A stretch of DNA of 57,697 nt from a virus. A program made the translations under genes and the position numbers. The notes below the pieces were generated by a model. That model was not told where the DNA came from and ran no database searches. It saw only the letters and a list, made by a program, of their open reading frames with translations. Positions 1 through 7,226 of this stretch are shown here, one piece after another; position 1 is the first letter of the stretch, and each line of letters opens with the position of its first letter. Location: the IMG/VR virus record IMGVR_UViG_3300045988_023664, positions 1-57,697 of that record; one strand, given 5' to 3'.

Positions 1-243
1 TATCCACTTGAACCTATCTGTGCGGAATCTCCACTTGAACCTATCTTTGCGGAATATCCACTTGAACCTATCTTTGCGGAATATCCACTTGAACCTATCT
101 GTGCGGAATATCCACTTGAACCTATCTGTGCGTAATCTCCACTTGAACCTATCTTTGTGGAATCTCCACTTGAACCTATCTGTGCGGAATATCCACTTGA
201 ACCTATCTGTGCGGAATCTCCACTTGAACCTATCTTTGCGGAA
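1..243. repeat. Tandem array of 9 units of 27 bp (consensus tatccacttgaacctatctgtgcggaa), coding on the minus strand
   Basis: Read directly. Units begin at 1, 28, 55 and so on, with point variants (ta/tc prefix, ctg/ctt, gcgg/gcgt/gtgg). The same unit family recurs at 57391-57697. Confidence 0.95.
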
Positions 244-605
244 TTATTGCCATTGTCATTTTCTATGTCATCTTCAATTTCCTCAATCTTCGTTTTCTCC
301 AGAGTAAAATCTACGCAAGCCTTAATAAAACCTTTTAAGCCCAACTTGGCTTTAATGTGAAGCTTATTAGTTGCACATTTGTTTTCTCTTTTAAAAACTT
401 TTCCCAGCGGCTCAACTTCTGCAAATTCTGAAATCTCGCCATTCTCGTTTACAAGAGGGTAATAGTCCAGTACATCAAATGGATTTTCACAATAATGCAT
501 CACACCAGCTTCACATATCTCATTTCCGTTTTCTTTGTATGTTGTGTTTTCTTTGTAGTGTTTACCTTTGCAAGTAAAATCTGGGTTAAATGCTTTATAT
601 GCCAT
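1..605 (-). CDS. N-terminal part of a repeat protein that runs off the window start (DUF7666-like N-domain followed by 9-aa GSSG repeats)
   Basis: Minus-strand ATG at 605-603, with RBS GAGGAA 5 nt upstream. Translation is MAYKAFNPDFTCKGKHYKENTTYKENGNEICEAGVMHYCENPFDVLDYYPLVNENGEISEFAEVEPLGK...NSAKIGSSGDSAQIGSSGYSAQIGSSG, still open at position 1. It is absent from the ORF track because there is no stop inside the window. The N-domain resembles the family I recall as DUF7666. Confidence 0.8.
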   Translation of the reverse strand, partial: MAYKAFNPDFTCKGKHYKENTTYKENGNEICEAGVMHYCENPFDVLDYYPLVNENGEISEFAEVEPLGKVFKRENKCATNKLHIKAKLGLKGFIKACVDFTLEKTKIEEIEDDIENDNGNNSAKIGSSGDSAQIGSSGYSAQIGSSGDSTKIGSSGDYAQIGSSGYSAQIGSSGYSAKIGSSGYSAKIGSSGDSAQIGSSG

Positions 606-607
606 AA

Positions 608-808
608 TTATTCCTCGCTTTCTTCATACATAATCATTATGCCTGTTACATTACCAGAAGTCTGTTTGTTTGCGATGGCTTCCATAATATTCCAAATATC
701 ATCATTATCTACGCCAATAGTAACTCTCTCCATTGCTGATACAAACTGTTTGATAACTTCTGCTTCTTCATCGCTTACTGTAAGTACATATGTGTCTTCG
801 CACTGCAT
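608..808 (-). CDS. Hypothetical acidic protein (66 aa)
   Basis: ORF track entry 608..823. The internal ATG at 808 has RBS GGAGGG 5 nt upstream and sits 2 nt after the stop of the upstream gene. Confidence 0.6.
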   Translation of the reverse strand: MQCEDTYVLTVSDEEAEVIKQFVSAMERVTIGVDNDDIWNIMEAIANKQTSGNVTGIMIMYEESEE

Positions 809-809
809 A

Positions 810-2735
810 TTATCCCTCCACAATCTCTAATTTCTCGCTATCATTGACAATCAGCATAATTAATTGGCTATCGACCATTTCAGCAACTTTCTTCTGATTA
901 GTGCTGTCAAGGCTCTCACTATCGTCTAAGATAATAGGCACTGACATACCGCTAATCTTCTGAATTGAGTTGCAAATATCAACTCTGCCTAAAATCCTGT
1001 TGCCCTTATTGCTCATAGTTGTAAGAATTGATTTTCCATTAACTGTAGGTATGCAAACTGACTTGTAACCGCCAGATTTGTTCAGTTCAAACAGCTTCCA
1101 CTTAACAAGCGAGAAGTGGCTGTTAATGCTGTCAGACAATGTTTCATTCTTCGCTTTGTCCAGTTCATCAAGCAAATCAAGGATTTTTTCGGCATTAGTC
1201 TTATTCTGTTCCTGTGTACGCTGTTCTGCCCTTAATTCTTCAAGTCGCTGTTCATCTGCTGCCGTATCAGACTTTGCAATCTGACTTTCACATTCTGCTA
1301 ACTGCTGCCTTAAATCATTTTCCTGTGCCTTTAATTCAGCCTTGACCTCCGATATGTCATTAGCTTTGTGCATAGCCTGTTCCTTTTCAGCTATCTGCTG
1401 TTCAAGTGCCTTGTACTCTTCTGCGGATGTCACATCAATTTCCTGTGGAAGTTCGAATAACTGCTTTTCAAGGTCTGCAATTTCTTTTTCCAGCTTCTTC
1501 TGATTAGCAATATTGTCTTTGTTGCATTTCTCTAACTTAGGTATCATATCTCTTGCATTATCAACATCTGCCTTAACTTCTAATCCATCCTTTTCAACCT
1601 TTGCCAGCCTGTCAGCCTTTGTCTTTTCAAATAAACTTCTAAGGCTTTCAATTTCTTCTGTTGGCAGTTCTCTATGGCAAGTAGGGCAAACTGCTGTATT
1701 CTCGTCAAACTTTTCTTCTTTAATCTTATTCCAAACATCAGCAAGTCTGTTTCTTTCTCTTGTGCCACTCTCAATGTCATTCTGATAGCCGTATATTTCA
1801 GAATTATTCTTCTGAATAGTATCAGCTATGTTGAAAAGATAGTCTTTCTTTTCAGAAATCTTGTCCTCAATCTCTCGCCTAGCCTTGATAGTGTCCTCAT
1901 TCGCCTTGCGTGATAAATCTCCCTGCTTAAACTTCAAATCGAGAATATCAGCACTAGCCTTATCGTATTCAGCTAACAGCTTGTCATTGTCTGTCTGCTT
2001 AGCCACGCAATCAGCAATCTGTTCTTTAAGGCTGTTTCTAAGCAGTTCAAGGTCAGATACATCAATATCAGATTTAATCTGAATATCTCTTTCCTTTTCC
2101 TTAATCTGTCCGTCAAGGATAGGTAAATCCTTTGTGATTTTGGTCTTGGTAGCCTTATTCATAGCAGATAATTCTTCTGCCGAATACTTCTCTAACAGCG
2201 GTACTAACTCTGCTGATTCAGCCTTAGAACGTGCTATATCAAGGTCTGTCACATTCTCAACAAGACTAAATAAGTATTCTCTCATTTCCGCAGGCTTCTG
2301 ATTAAGAAATGCGTTGATATTACTGCACATCTTGAATACACTCATATCAATGTCAAGATATGCGTTGAAGCCCTTTAATGTCTTAGGCACATCATTGACA
2401 AAATACTTGTTATCATCCTTATAACTGCTGCCATCCTTGCTATAAGTACGTTTCTGTACTTTCTTCATAGTTACTTCTTTTCCGTCAACATCAAGTGTTA
2501 GTTCAACACTTGTGTCCATATCATCAACTGATTTTCCGTCAACCTCTCTTCTGACAACCGGATTATCCTTTAACTCATAATCACAGTTAAATAAGCACCA
2601 CAGATATGCCGTGGCTATTGTTGACTTGCCTATGCCATTCTTGGCTATAATCTTTGTTATGTCGTAAAAATCAAACTCTGCGTGTGCGTAACACATAAAG
2701 TTTTCAAGTACTACCCTTTTTAAAGTTGCTCTCAT
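810..2735 (-). CDS. SbcC/Rad50-like SMC-type ATPase with coiled coil and CxxC zinc hook
   Basis: N-terminal Walker A (AKNGIGKSTI), about 400 aa of heptad-rich coiled coil with a central CPTCHREL hook, and C-terminal Walker B/D-loop (PIILDDSESLD). The ATG at 2735 is preferred over the TTG at 2741 (RBS GGAAAGGA). Confidence 0.75.
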   Translation of the reverse strand: MRATLKRVVLENFMCYAHAEFDFYDITKIIAKNGIGKSTIATAYLWCLFNCDYELKDNPVVRREVDGKSVDDMDTSVELTLDVDGKEVTMKKVQKRTYSKDGSSYKDDNKYFVNDVPKTLKGFNAYLDIDMSVFKMCSNINAFLNQKPAEMREYLFSLVENVTDLDIARSKAESAELVPLLEKYSAEELSAMNKATKTKITKDLPILDGQIKEKERDIQIKSDIDVSDLELLRNSLKEQIADCVAKQTDNDKLLAEYDKASADILDLKFKQGDLSRKANEDTIKARREIEDKISEKKDYLFNIADTIQKNNSEIYGYQNDIESGTRERNRLADVWNKIKEEKFDENTAVCPTCHRELPTEEIESLRSLFEKTKADRLAKVEKDGLEVKADVDNARDMIPKLEKCNKDNIANQKKLEKEIADLEKQLFELPQEIDVTSAEEYKALEQQIAEKEQAMHKANDISEVKAELKAQENDLRQQLAECESQIAKSDTAADEQRLEELRAEQRTQEQNKTNAEKILDLLDELDKAKNETLSDSINSHFSLVKWKLFELNKSGGYKSVCIPTVNGKSILTTMSNKGNRILGRVDICNSIQKISGMSVPIILDDSESLDSTNQKKVAEMVDSQLIMLIVNDSEKLEIVEG

Positions 2736-2758
2736 AAACAATATCCTTTCCTTATTAT

Positions 2759-2953
2759 TTAAACATTCATTACAAATACGCCATCTTCAATCTGGAAGTT
2801 ATCAACTATTATGTCTGCATAATACTCTGAACTCTTAGCTTCTTCAAACGAACCGTTAAAAACTGTTCCACGCAACGCTGACCATATCTGGCACATCGCA
2901 TATTCATCAAGAGCCATACTTGCTAACTCCCTAACTGTAATATCACTACACAT
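2759..2953 (-). CDS. Hypothetical protein (64 aa)
   Basis: ORF track entry 2759..2980. The ATG at 2953 has RBS GAGGAGGG 8 nt upstream. Confidence 0.55.
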   Translation of the reverse strand: MCSDITVRELASMALDEYAMCQIWSALRGTVFNGSFEEAKSSEYYADIIVDNFQIEDGVFVMNV

Positions 2954-3602
2954 CAGCTTCGCCCTCCTCTGCATAATCAATCTTGCTTACCGATACTTCA
3001 TAAGCAGTTCTTGTTTCAACTTCATTGTCGCTTATCTTCTTAGCGTATTCCCTGCTCTGGAATCTACCCTGAATCTGGATATGTTCCCCTGTTTCAAGTC
3101 CGCCTACAAATCTTGCATTTCTTCCCCATGCTATACATGGTATGTAATCTGACTTGCCATATGGTCTGTTTACCGCTACTAAGATATCTGCAATCTCTCT
3201 GCCCTTTGGAGTACATCTGTATATAGGTGGCTTACAGATATAAGCGTCAAGTATAACCATATTGGTATTATCTTCAAATGGTAATTCTTCTGAATCCTGT
3301 GTCAGCACTTCAAATTCTCTTGCAAAAACCGTTAGAATCAGCTTGCTCTTCATATTGTCAGTATGCTTATTGAAGCTTCTTATCTGTCCTAAAACCGCGA
3401 CAGCCTGTCCTACCTTGATTTCTCTAATATCAGTAAGTCTATCTGATATCATCACTGGTAACACATCTTCATTGCCACTTGTTCTTAAACACTTGAGCAT
3501 AAACACATAAAACCCCTCGCCAAGCACTTCATGTGAGTACTCTGGCTCTTTCTTAATTATCCCTATTAATGTGATATTGTTGTTATTAATTGCATTTTCC
3601 AT
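2946..3602 (-). CDS. OB-fold ssDNA-binding-like protein (two OB-like halves)
   Basis: The pattern NITLIGIIKKEPEYSHEVLGEGFYVFMLKCLRTSGNEDVLPVMISDRL...VGQAVAVLGQIRSFNK resembles Clostridial SSB-like or PriB-like OB-fold proteins. It lacks the acidic C-terminal tip of canonical SSB. Confidence 0.5.
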   Translation of the reverse strand: MENAINNNNITLIGIIKKEPEYSHEVLGEGFYVFMLKCLRTSGNEDVLPVMISDRLTDIREIKVGQAVAVLGQIRSFNKHTDNMKSKLILTVFAREFEVLTQDSEELPFEDNTNMVILDAYICKPPIYRCTPKGREIADILVAVNRPYGKSDYIPCIAWGRNARFVGGLETGEHIQIQGRFQSREYAKKISDNEVETRTAYEVSVSKIDYAEEGEADV

Positions 3603-3614
3603 TTCTTTCTCTCC

Positions 3615-3767
3615 TTACTTTAATGTGTAACTTCCTATTGGTACTTTATCCATTCTTTCAATCAGATGGATTTTGCAGCTGAAAGTATAGAACTTTCTGA
3701 AATCCTTTTCCCTTATAGCTCTCTGTCTGTTTCTGTTCAGCTTAATAATTCTTTTTATGTTACTCAT
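3615..3767 (-). CDS. Small basic protein (50 aa)
   Basis: The ATG at 3767 has RBS AAGGAGAG 5 nt upstream and overlaps the upstream stop by 8 nt. It fills an otherwise empty 150-bp gap. Sequence: MSNIKRIIKLNRNRQRAIREKDFRKF... Confidence 0.45.
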   Translation of the reverse strand: MSNIKRIIKLNRNRQRAIREKDFRKFYTFSCKIHLIERMDKVPIGSYTLK

Positions 3768-4056
3768 TGGCACTCTCCTTACATCTGTAATACATTGTTG
3801 TAATAAATCCTCTTGTTGTGAGGCAGTCATAATTCTTCCATGCTGATAAATCATGGTCAGCCGTTTTAATCGCTGTTCTAATTGACCTTTCAACAGCACA
3901 TCTTGACTTGCCTACTGTACTAGCAATGTTATTGTAAATTTCTTCCATTGTTATAGAAGAATTGAACCGTTTAACAGCTTCAATTATGTAGATGTAACCT
4001 CTTTTATTAGAGAGAATACCTAAGTTGAACATCTCTTCTCTTATCCTTGCTTCCAT
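3760..4056 (-). CDS. Spo0A C-terminal (DNA-binding) domain-like protein, with no receiver domain
   Basis: GILSNKRGYIYIIEAVKRF...ITMEEIYNNIASTVGKSRCAVERSIRTAIK aligns by eye with the Spo0A_C motif (GVPAHIKGYxYLREAI...ITKxLYPxIAKKxxTTASRVERAIRHAIE). The ATG at 4056 has RBS AAGGAG. Confidence 0.7.
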   Translation of the reverse strand: MEARIREEMFNLGILSNKRGYIYIIEAVKRFNSSITMEEIYNNIASTVGKSRCAVERSIRTAIKTADHDLSAWKNYDCLTTRGFITTMYYRCKESANE

Positions 4057-4065
4057 AAACACTCC

Positions 4066-4587
4066 TTACTTGTAGCAAAAGTACATGTTCTGCACTTTCT
4101 TATAAACGCCGCTTCCTTGTTTAAATTCAGCTTGATACAACACATTGCTAGGTATGTCATATCCGCTTATTAATAATTCTTCTGCTATTCTCCAACATCT
4201 TTCTGTTGGTTCTTTATAGAATCCGCTGTTTATAAGTTCTGTACATTGATATTGCCCTGGCTGATAAATAACTTCTTCAATGCTGTTAGGGAAATACTCA
4301 CTTCGTACCCGATTCAAAACAACAGCTCCTGCAAGATATAGCATTTCATCATCGTTGCATGTCGCTCCGCATTCACCCATCAGCAAATGTGCCATAAGCG
4401 ACAACTCATATTCATCAACACTTATCTCTCCAGTTTCAACCTTATAATCAACATGTGAGTTGTAGCATTCACTTAACACTGCACTCTGATGATTAATCTT
4501 AGCTTGCGGTTGTACCGGTCTTAGAATCAACGCTATAAGGCTGATTCCTGCCAGTGTTGCGGATATGTTAATTATCTTTTCTTTCAT
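4066..4587 (-). CDS. SleB/CwlJ-family cell wall hydrolase with an N-terminal membrane anchor
   Basis: An N-terminal hydrophobic segment followed by LLMGECGATCNDDEMLYLAGAVVLNRVRSEYFPNSIEEVIYQPGQY, which matches the Hydrolase_2 (SleB) core motif. Confidence 0.75.
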   Translation of the reverse strand: MKEKIINISATLAGISLIALILRPVQPQAKINHQSAVLSECYNSHVDYKVETGEISVDEYELSLMAHLLMGECGATCNDDEMLYLAGAVVLNRVRSEYFPNSIEEVIYQPGQYQCTELINSGFYKEPTERCWRIAEELLISGYDIPSNVLYQAEFKQGSGVYKKVQNMYFCYK

Positions 4588-4595
4588 ATCTTCTC

Positions 4596-5303
4596 CTACA
4601 TGTTTGTATCATGTACCACCTCAGCAAGTGCTATTGGCAGCAAATAGGTATCAATGAATTCATGTACATCAGCCAAGTATTTTCTTTTGATACTCTTGTA
4701 TGTCGCCACGCACCCGAATTCGCGTTTTAACTGCTTGTATATATCAGAATATACTGAACCGCGAATACCACCGTCTTTGTACGCATTGCTGTCCTTTCCG
4801 CCAAGTACTTCAATTCCTTTCTTTCTAACATGTTTCTGCACTTCTTCAATCTCACAGCCGTAAAGCGGAGTTTCTTCTTCGATACTGATTATCTTATCTT
4901 CAACCTTATCAACTCTCTCTGTGAGTTCTGTGTTGCCCTGTGCCAATAATCTAATCTGTTCAGATGTTGTCAAAGGCTTACTGTAACTTCCTGTCTTTCT
5001 GATTGATGGAAGAACCTCTGATGTAACCCAGTGTTTAAATCTCTTAGCGGATTCAAGTCTGCTCCCAAAAACTAAGGCATAAACACCAGATTCGTTAATA
5101 ACAGTCATACTCTGCTTTCCGCCAAGGGTGTCGATAGTGTCTACTCCCTTATCCTCGTCAAACACATGAGTAGCGATTGCATCTCTTGGATTTGCAAATC
5201 CTAGTGCTTTTGCAACATCTTTTCCAACAAAATATGTTTCATTATCCTTGGTAATGGTTCGGATTTCTCCGAACTCTGAATTGCTAAAAATCTGTAGCTC
5301 CAT
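4596..5303 (-). CDS. Bro-N domain antirepressor-like protein
   Basis: The N-terminus (LQIFSNSEFGEIRTITKDNETYFVGKDVAKALGFANPRDAI) is a typical Bro-N/KilA-N-type domain. The C-terminal half is ORF6C-like. ATG at 5303 is preferred (RBS GAAAGGA). Confidence 0.8.
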   Translation of the reverse strand: MELQIFSNSEFGEIRTITKDNETYFVGKDVAKALGFANPRDAIATHVFDEDKGVDTIDTLGGKQSMTVINESGVYALVFGSRLESAKRFKHWVTSEVLPSIRKTGSYSKPLTTSEQIRLLAQGNTELTERVDKVEDKIISIEEETPLYGCEIEEVQKHVRKKGIEVLGGKDSNAYKDGGIRGSVYSDIYKQLKREFGCVATYKSIKRKYLADVHEFIDTYLLPIALAEVVHDTNM

Positions 5304-5452
5304 AAACATTCCTTTCTAAATAATGTGTGATATATTCCTTTTAAGGTGCATTTGAGCAATTCTGCTCATTCCTATCTGTTGTAACTTGTAGAACTTTATA
5401 TTTATTGATACAATAAAGAAGTGATGGTAGACACTTTCCGAAAGGAGATTGT

Positions 5453-5590
5453 ATGGATACTGTCATAGCATTGTGCGTATCAGCGGTTGGCTCATACTTC
5501 TGTGGCGTAGACTTCTGCACCCTGTACGCTCTTATTTCTATATCAATAGAATTAAATAAATATGCTAAAGACAAAACTGCCAATCGGTAG
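5453..5590 (+). CDS. 45-aa hydrophobic Cys-rich peptide (not in the ORF track)
   Basis: Strong RBS AAAGGAGA 5 nt before the ATG at 5453. Sequence: MDTVIALCVSAVGSYFCGVDFCTLYALISISIELNKYAKDKTANR. It has its own candidate promoter (TTGTAG-17-TACAAT) and a terminator at 5611-5632. Confidence 0.5.
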   Translation: MDTVIALCVSAVGSYFCGVDFCTLYALISISIELNKYAKDKTANR

Positions 5591-5610
5591 GTAATTCACA
5601 CTCGATGCAA

Positions 5611-5632
5611 ACAGGACACCACTCCTGTTTTG
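5611..5632 (+). terminator. Intrinsic terminator (ACAGGA-N6-TCCTGT followed by TTTT)
   Basis: A 6-bp GC-containing stem followed by a T run, 20 nt after the stop of the 45-aa ORF. Confidence 0.55.
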
Positions 5633-5771
5633 AAGAACCAATGAATACCACATTATAAGAGATTTGTAACTATTTACCGCTACCATCACTTTTCTATTGC
5701 ATCAATATCAAAAATTCTAATCCATTTGTGCTATAATCCTCTTATCTTTAATATTGAAAAGAGGTGAGATT

Positions 5772-5978
5772 GTGAAAAATTTTGTAGATTTCAAAGCTTT
5801 TGTAAACTCTAATGGCAATGAAATTCATTCTTCAATTCATCAGAAGGTAATGTCTGCTACTGAAAAGCAAAACTTTACTGACACTGCTGAAGAATACGAG
5901 TTCATTCGTCGTGCGTGGGTGGAAATTGGCATTATGGAAATGCTGGAACATTACCATAACTGGCTCAATCAAGATTAA
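5772..5978 (+). CDS. Hypothetical protein (about 68 aa)
   Basis: ORF track entry 5754..5978. The GTG at 5772 is preceded by AAAGAGGTGA. An extended -10 (TGcTATAAT) lies at about 5727-5735. Confidence 0.55.
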   Translation: MKNFVDFKAFVNSNGNEIHSSIHQKVMSATEKQNFTDTAEEYEFIRRAWVEIGIMEMLEHYHNWLNQD

Positions 5979-6114
5979 AAGCCGATTTGCCAACTTTGCT
6001 CTGATACTCTTTATCTTCCTTGCTTGCAAGTTTCTTCAATGACCGATTGATTTCTTCAAGCAAGGAATTTCTTTTCTTTTCAATCTGGATTAATTCTTTC
6101 AGTTCTCTTTCCAC
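5965..6114 (-). CDS. Possible 49-aa coiled-coil micro-protein
   Basis: GTG at 6114 with RBS AAAGGAG 6 nt upstream. Sequence: VERELKELIQIEKKRNSLLEEINRSLKKLASKEDKEYQSKVGKSAFNLD. It overlaps the 3' end of the convergent plus-strand gene by 14 nt. Confidence 0.35.
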   Translation of the reverse strand: MERELKELIQIEKKRNSLLEEINRSLKKLASKEDKEYQSKVGKSAFNLD

Positions 6115-6117
6115 TCG

Positions 6118-6261
6118 TTACTCCTTTCCTTCTGTCTTTTCACTCTCTCTTACCATTGCCATTCCCTCGGCGACGCCAAGAATGTAATTTTTCTTGCTAT
6201 CATCAAGTTTTGGTATTGTATCGGATAACTTCTTGATGATTTCCTTTTCCTTTTCACTCAT
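6118..6261 (-). CDS. 47-aa micro-protein, first gene of the leftward early operon
   Basis: ATG at 6261 with RBS AAAGGAAGTGA. Sequence: MSEKEKEIIKKLSDTIPKLDDSKKNYILGVAEGMAMVRESEKTEGKE. Confidence 0.45.
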   Translation of the reverse strand: MSEKEKEIIKKLSDTIPKLDDSKKNYILGVAEGMAMVRESEKTEGKE

Positions 6262-6316
6262 TCAATTCACTTCCTTTCTGTGATATAATGTTTTTTAAAA
6301 AATATTGGAGGTCATT

Positions 6317-6649
6317 ATGCAATACACACCAAATTGCCCAAATATGGATAAATTATTTCCACAGCCCAAAATTCCTGAAATTGAAGTGCCTACATATGAA
6401 AAAGGCAAATCTCCATATGAGCTTTTAGAAAGTCAGTCTGCTTATCTTGAAAAGACAAGCAAGGAACTTCACGATATGGCTCAATCCGCTAAATCCCAAG
6501 CTGATTCAGCAAAGGAAATTGCCGAAAGTTCCAAAACACAAGCTGATGTTGCGTTAAAAACATCAAGCAAAGCTGATATTAAAGGTTGGATTGCGGTAAT
6601 CATATCCATACTAGCTTTTGTATGGAGCATCATTTCTCATTTCATATAA
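6317..6649 (+). CDS. Tail-anchored membrane protein (coiled-coil ectodomain plus C-terminal TM helix)
   Basis: ATG at 6317 after GGAGGT. It ends in the hydrophobic tail WIAVIISILAFVWSIISHFI. It lies upstream of the repressor on the same strand, so it is a candidate superinfection-exclusion or lysogeny-expressed gene. Confidence 0.6.
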   Translation: MQYTPNCPNMDKLFPQPKIPEIEVPTYEKGKSPYELLESQSAYLEKTSKELHDMAQSAKSQADSAKEIAESSKTQADVALKTSSKADIKGWIAVIISILAFVWSIISHFI

Positions 6650-6725
6650 AAGAGTTAATAATGCTAAAAACTAAAGCAAGGATTGATACTATCAGTGCGA
6701 CATCCGAAAATGTTAGCTTTTTCAT
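6642..6725 (-). CDS. 27-aa hydrophobic peptide (not in the ORF track)
   Basis: ATG at 6725 with RBS AGAGGTGA 6 nt upstream. Sequence: MKKLTFSDVALIVSILALVFSIINSFI. It overlaps the convergent gene end by 8 nt. Confidence 0.45.
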   Translation of the reverse strand: MKKLTFSDVALIVSILALVFSIINSFI

Positions 6726-6860
6726 TTTTTCACCTCTTTTCTATTTGACTTTGTGTGATTATAATATCATACCTAGTAATACCTGTCAACATATTTTAGT
6801 GAAAAAGTTTGACATTGTGTGACTTTAATGTTATTGTATATATGCAAGGAGGTGAGAAGT

Positions 6861-7226
6861 GTGAACGAGCGGATAAAAACCTTGCGAAAAGAATTAAAAA
6901 TGTCGCAAGATGTATTTGCTGAAAAGCTAGGGCTTACCAAAAACTACATTTCGTTAGTTGAAAACGGCAATAGAAATCTTTCAGAACAATCAATTAAAGT
7001 TTTATGTTCTATTCTTAATGTAAATGAAGAATGGCTAAGAACCGGAAACGGAAAAATGTTTAAATCTCGTACAAGAGAACAAGAGATTGGCGCTTTTGTT
7101 AATGAAGTTATGGAATTAAACGATGACAGCTTTGAAAAGAAGCTTGTTGGTGCATTGGCAAGGCTTGAACCTAAAGATTGGGAATGTCTGGAAGCTATCG
7201 CAAAGAAATTACTAGATGAGAAGTAA
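6861..7226 (+). CDS. XRE-family HTH repressor (CI-like)
   Basis: GTG at 6861 after AAGGAGGTGA. NERIKTLRKELKMSQDVFAEKLGLTKNYISLVENGNRNLS is a canonical HTH_3 motif. It is oriented opposite to the early operon. Confidence 0.85.
   Translation: MNERIKTLRKELKMSQDVFAEKLGLTKNYISLVENGNRNLSEQSIKVLCSILNVNEEWLRTGNGKMFKSRTREQEIGAFVNEVMELNDDSFEKKLVGALARLEPKDWECLEAIAKKLLDEK

Noticed and set aside
1-243. The terminal repeat arrays as a CRISPR array
   Set aside because: The units are directly abutting 27-mers with no spacers, and they encode an in-frame nonapeptide repeat inside a protein. This is a coding tandem repeat, not a repeat-spacer architecture.
8-360. Plus-strand ORFs 8..307 and 157..360 from the ORF track
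   Set aside because: They are reading-frame artefacts of the 27-bp tandem repeat. They give monotonous NLHLNLS or PLEPICAE peptides, have no RBS, and lie opposite a well-supported minus-strand gene with conserved flanking domains.
1078-2082. Plus-strand ORFs inside the SbcC-like gene (1078..1284, 1513..1785, 1674..1913, 1861..2082), and similar antisense ORFs inside other large genes (for example 12014..12649, 17415..17888, 19831..20118, 27188..27614)
   Set aside because: They are antisense to long, well-supported genes, Ser/Leu-rich and low-complexity, and lack an RBS. This is typical shadow-ORF noise in AT-rich coiled-coil-coding DNA.
3768-3899. N-terminal extension of ORF 3615..3899 overlapping the Spo0A-C-like gene
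   Set aside because: It overlaps the better-supported gene by 140 nt. An internal ATG at 3767 with a strong RBS explains the coding potential of the gap.
5341-5583. Minus-strand 80-aa ORF
   Set aside because: It has no convincing RBS and an odd composition. The opposite strand carries a micro-ORF with a strong RBS, a promoter and a terminator.
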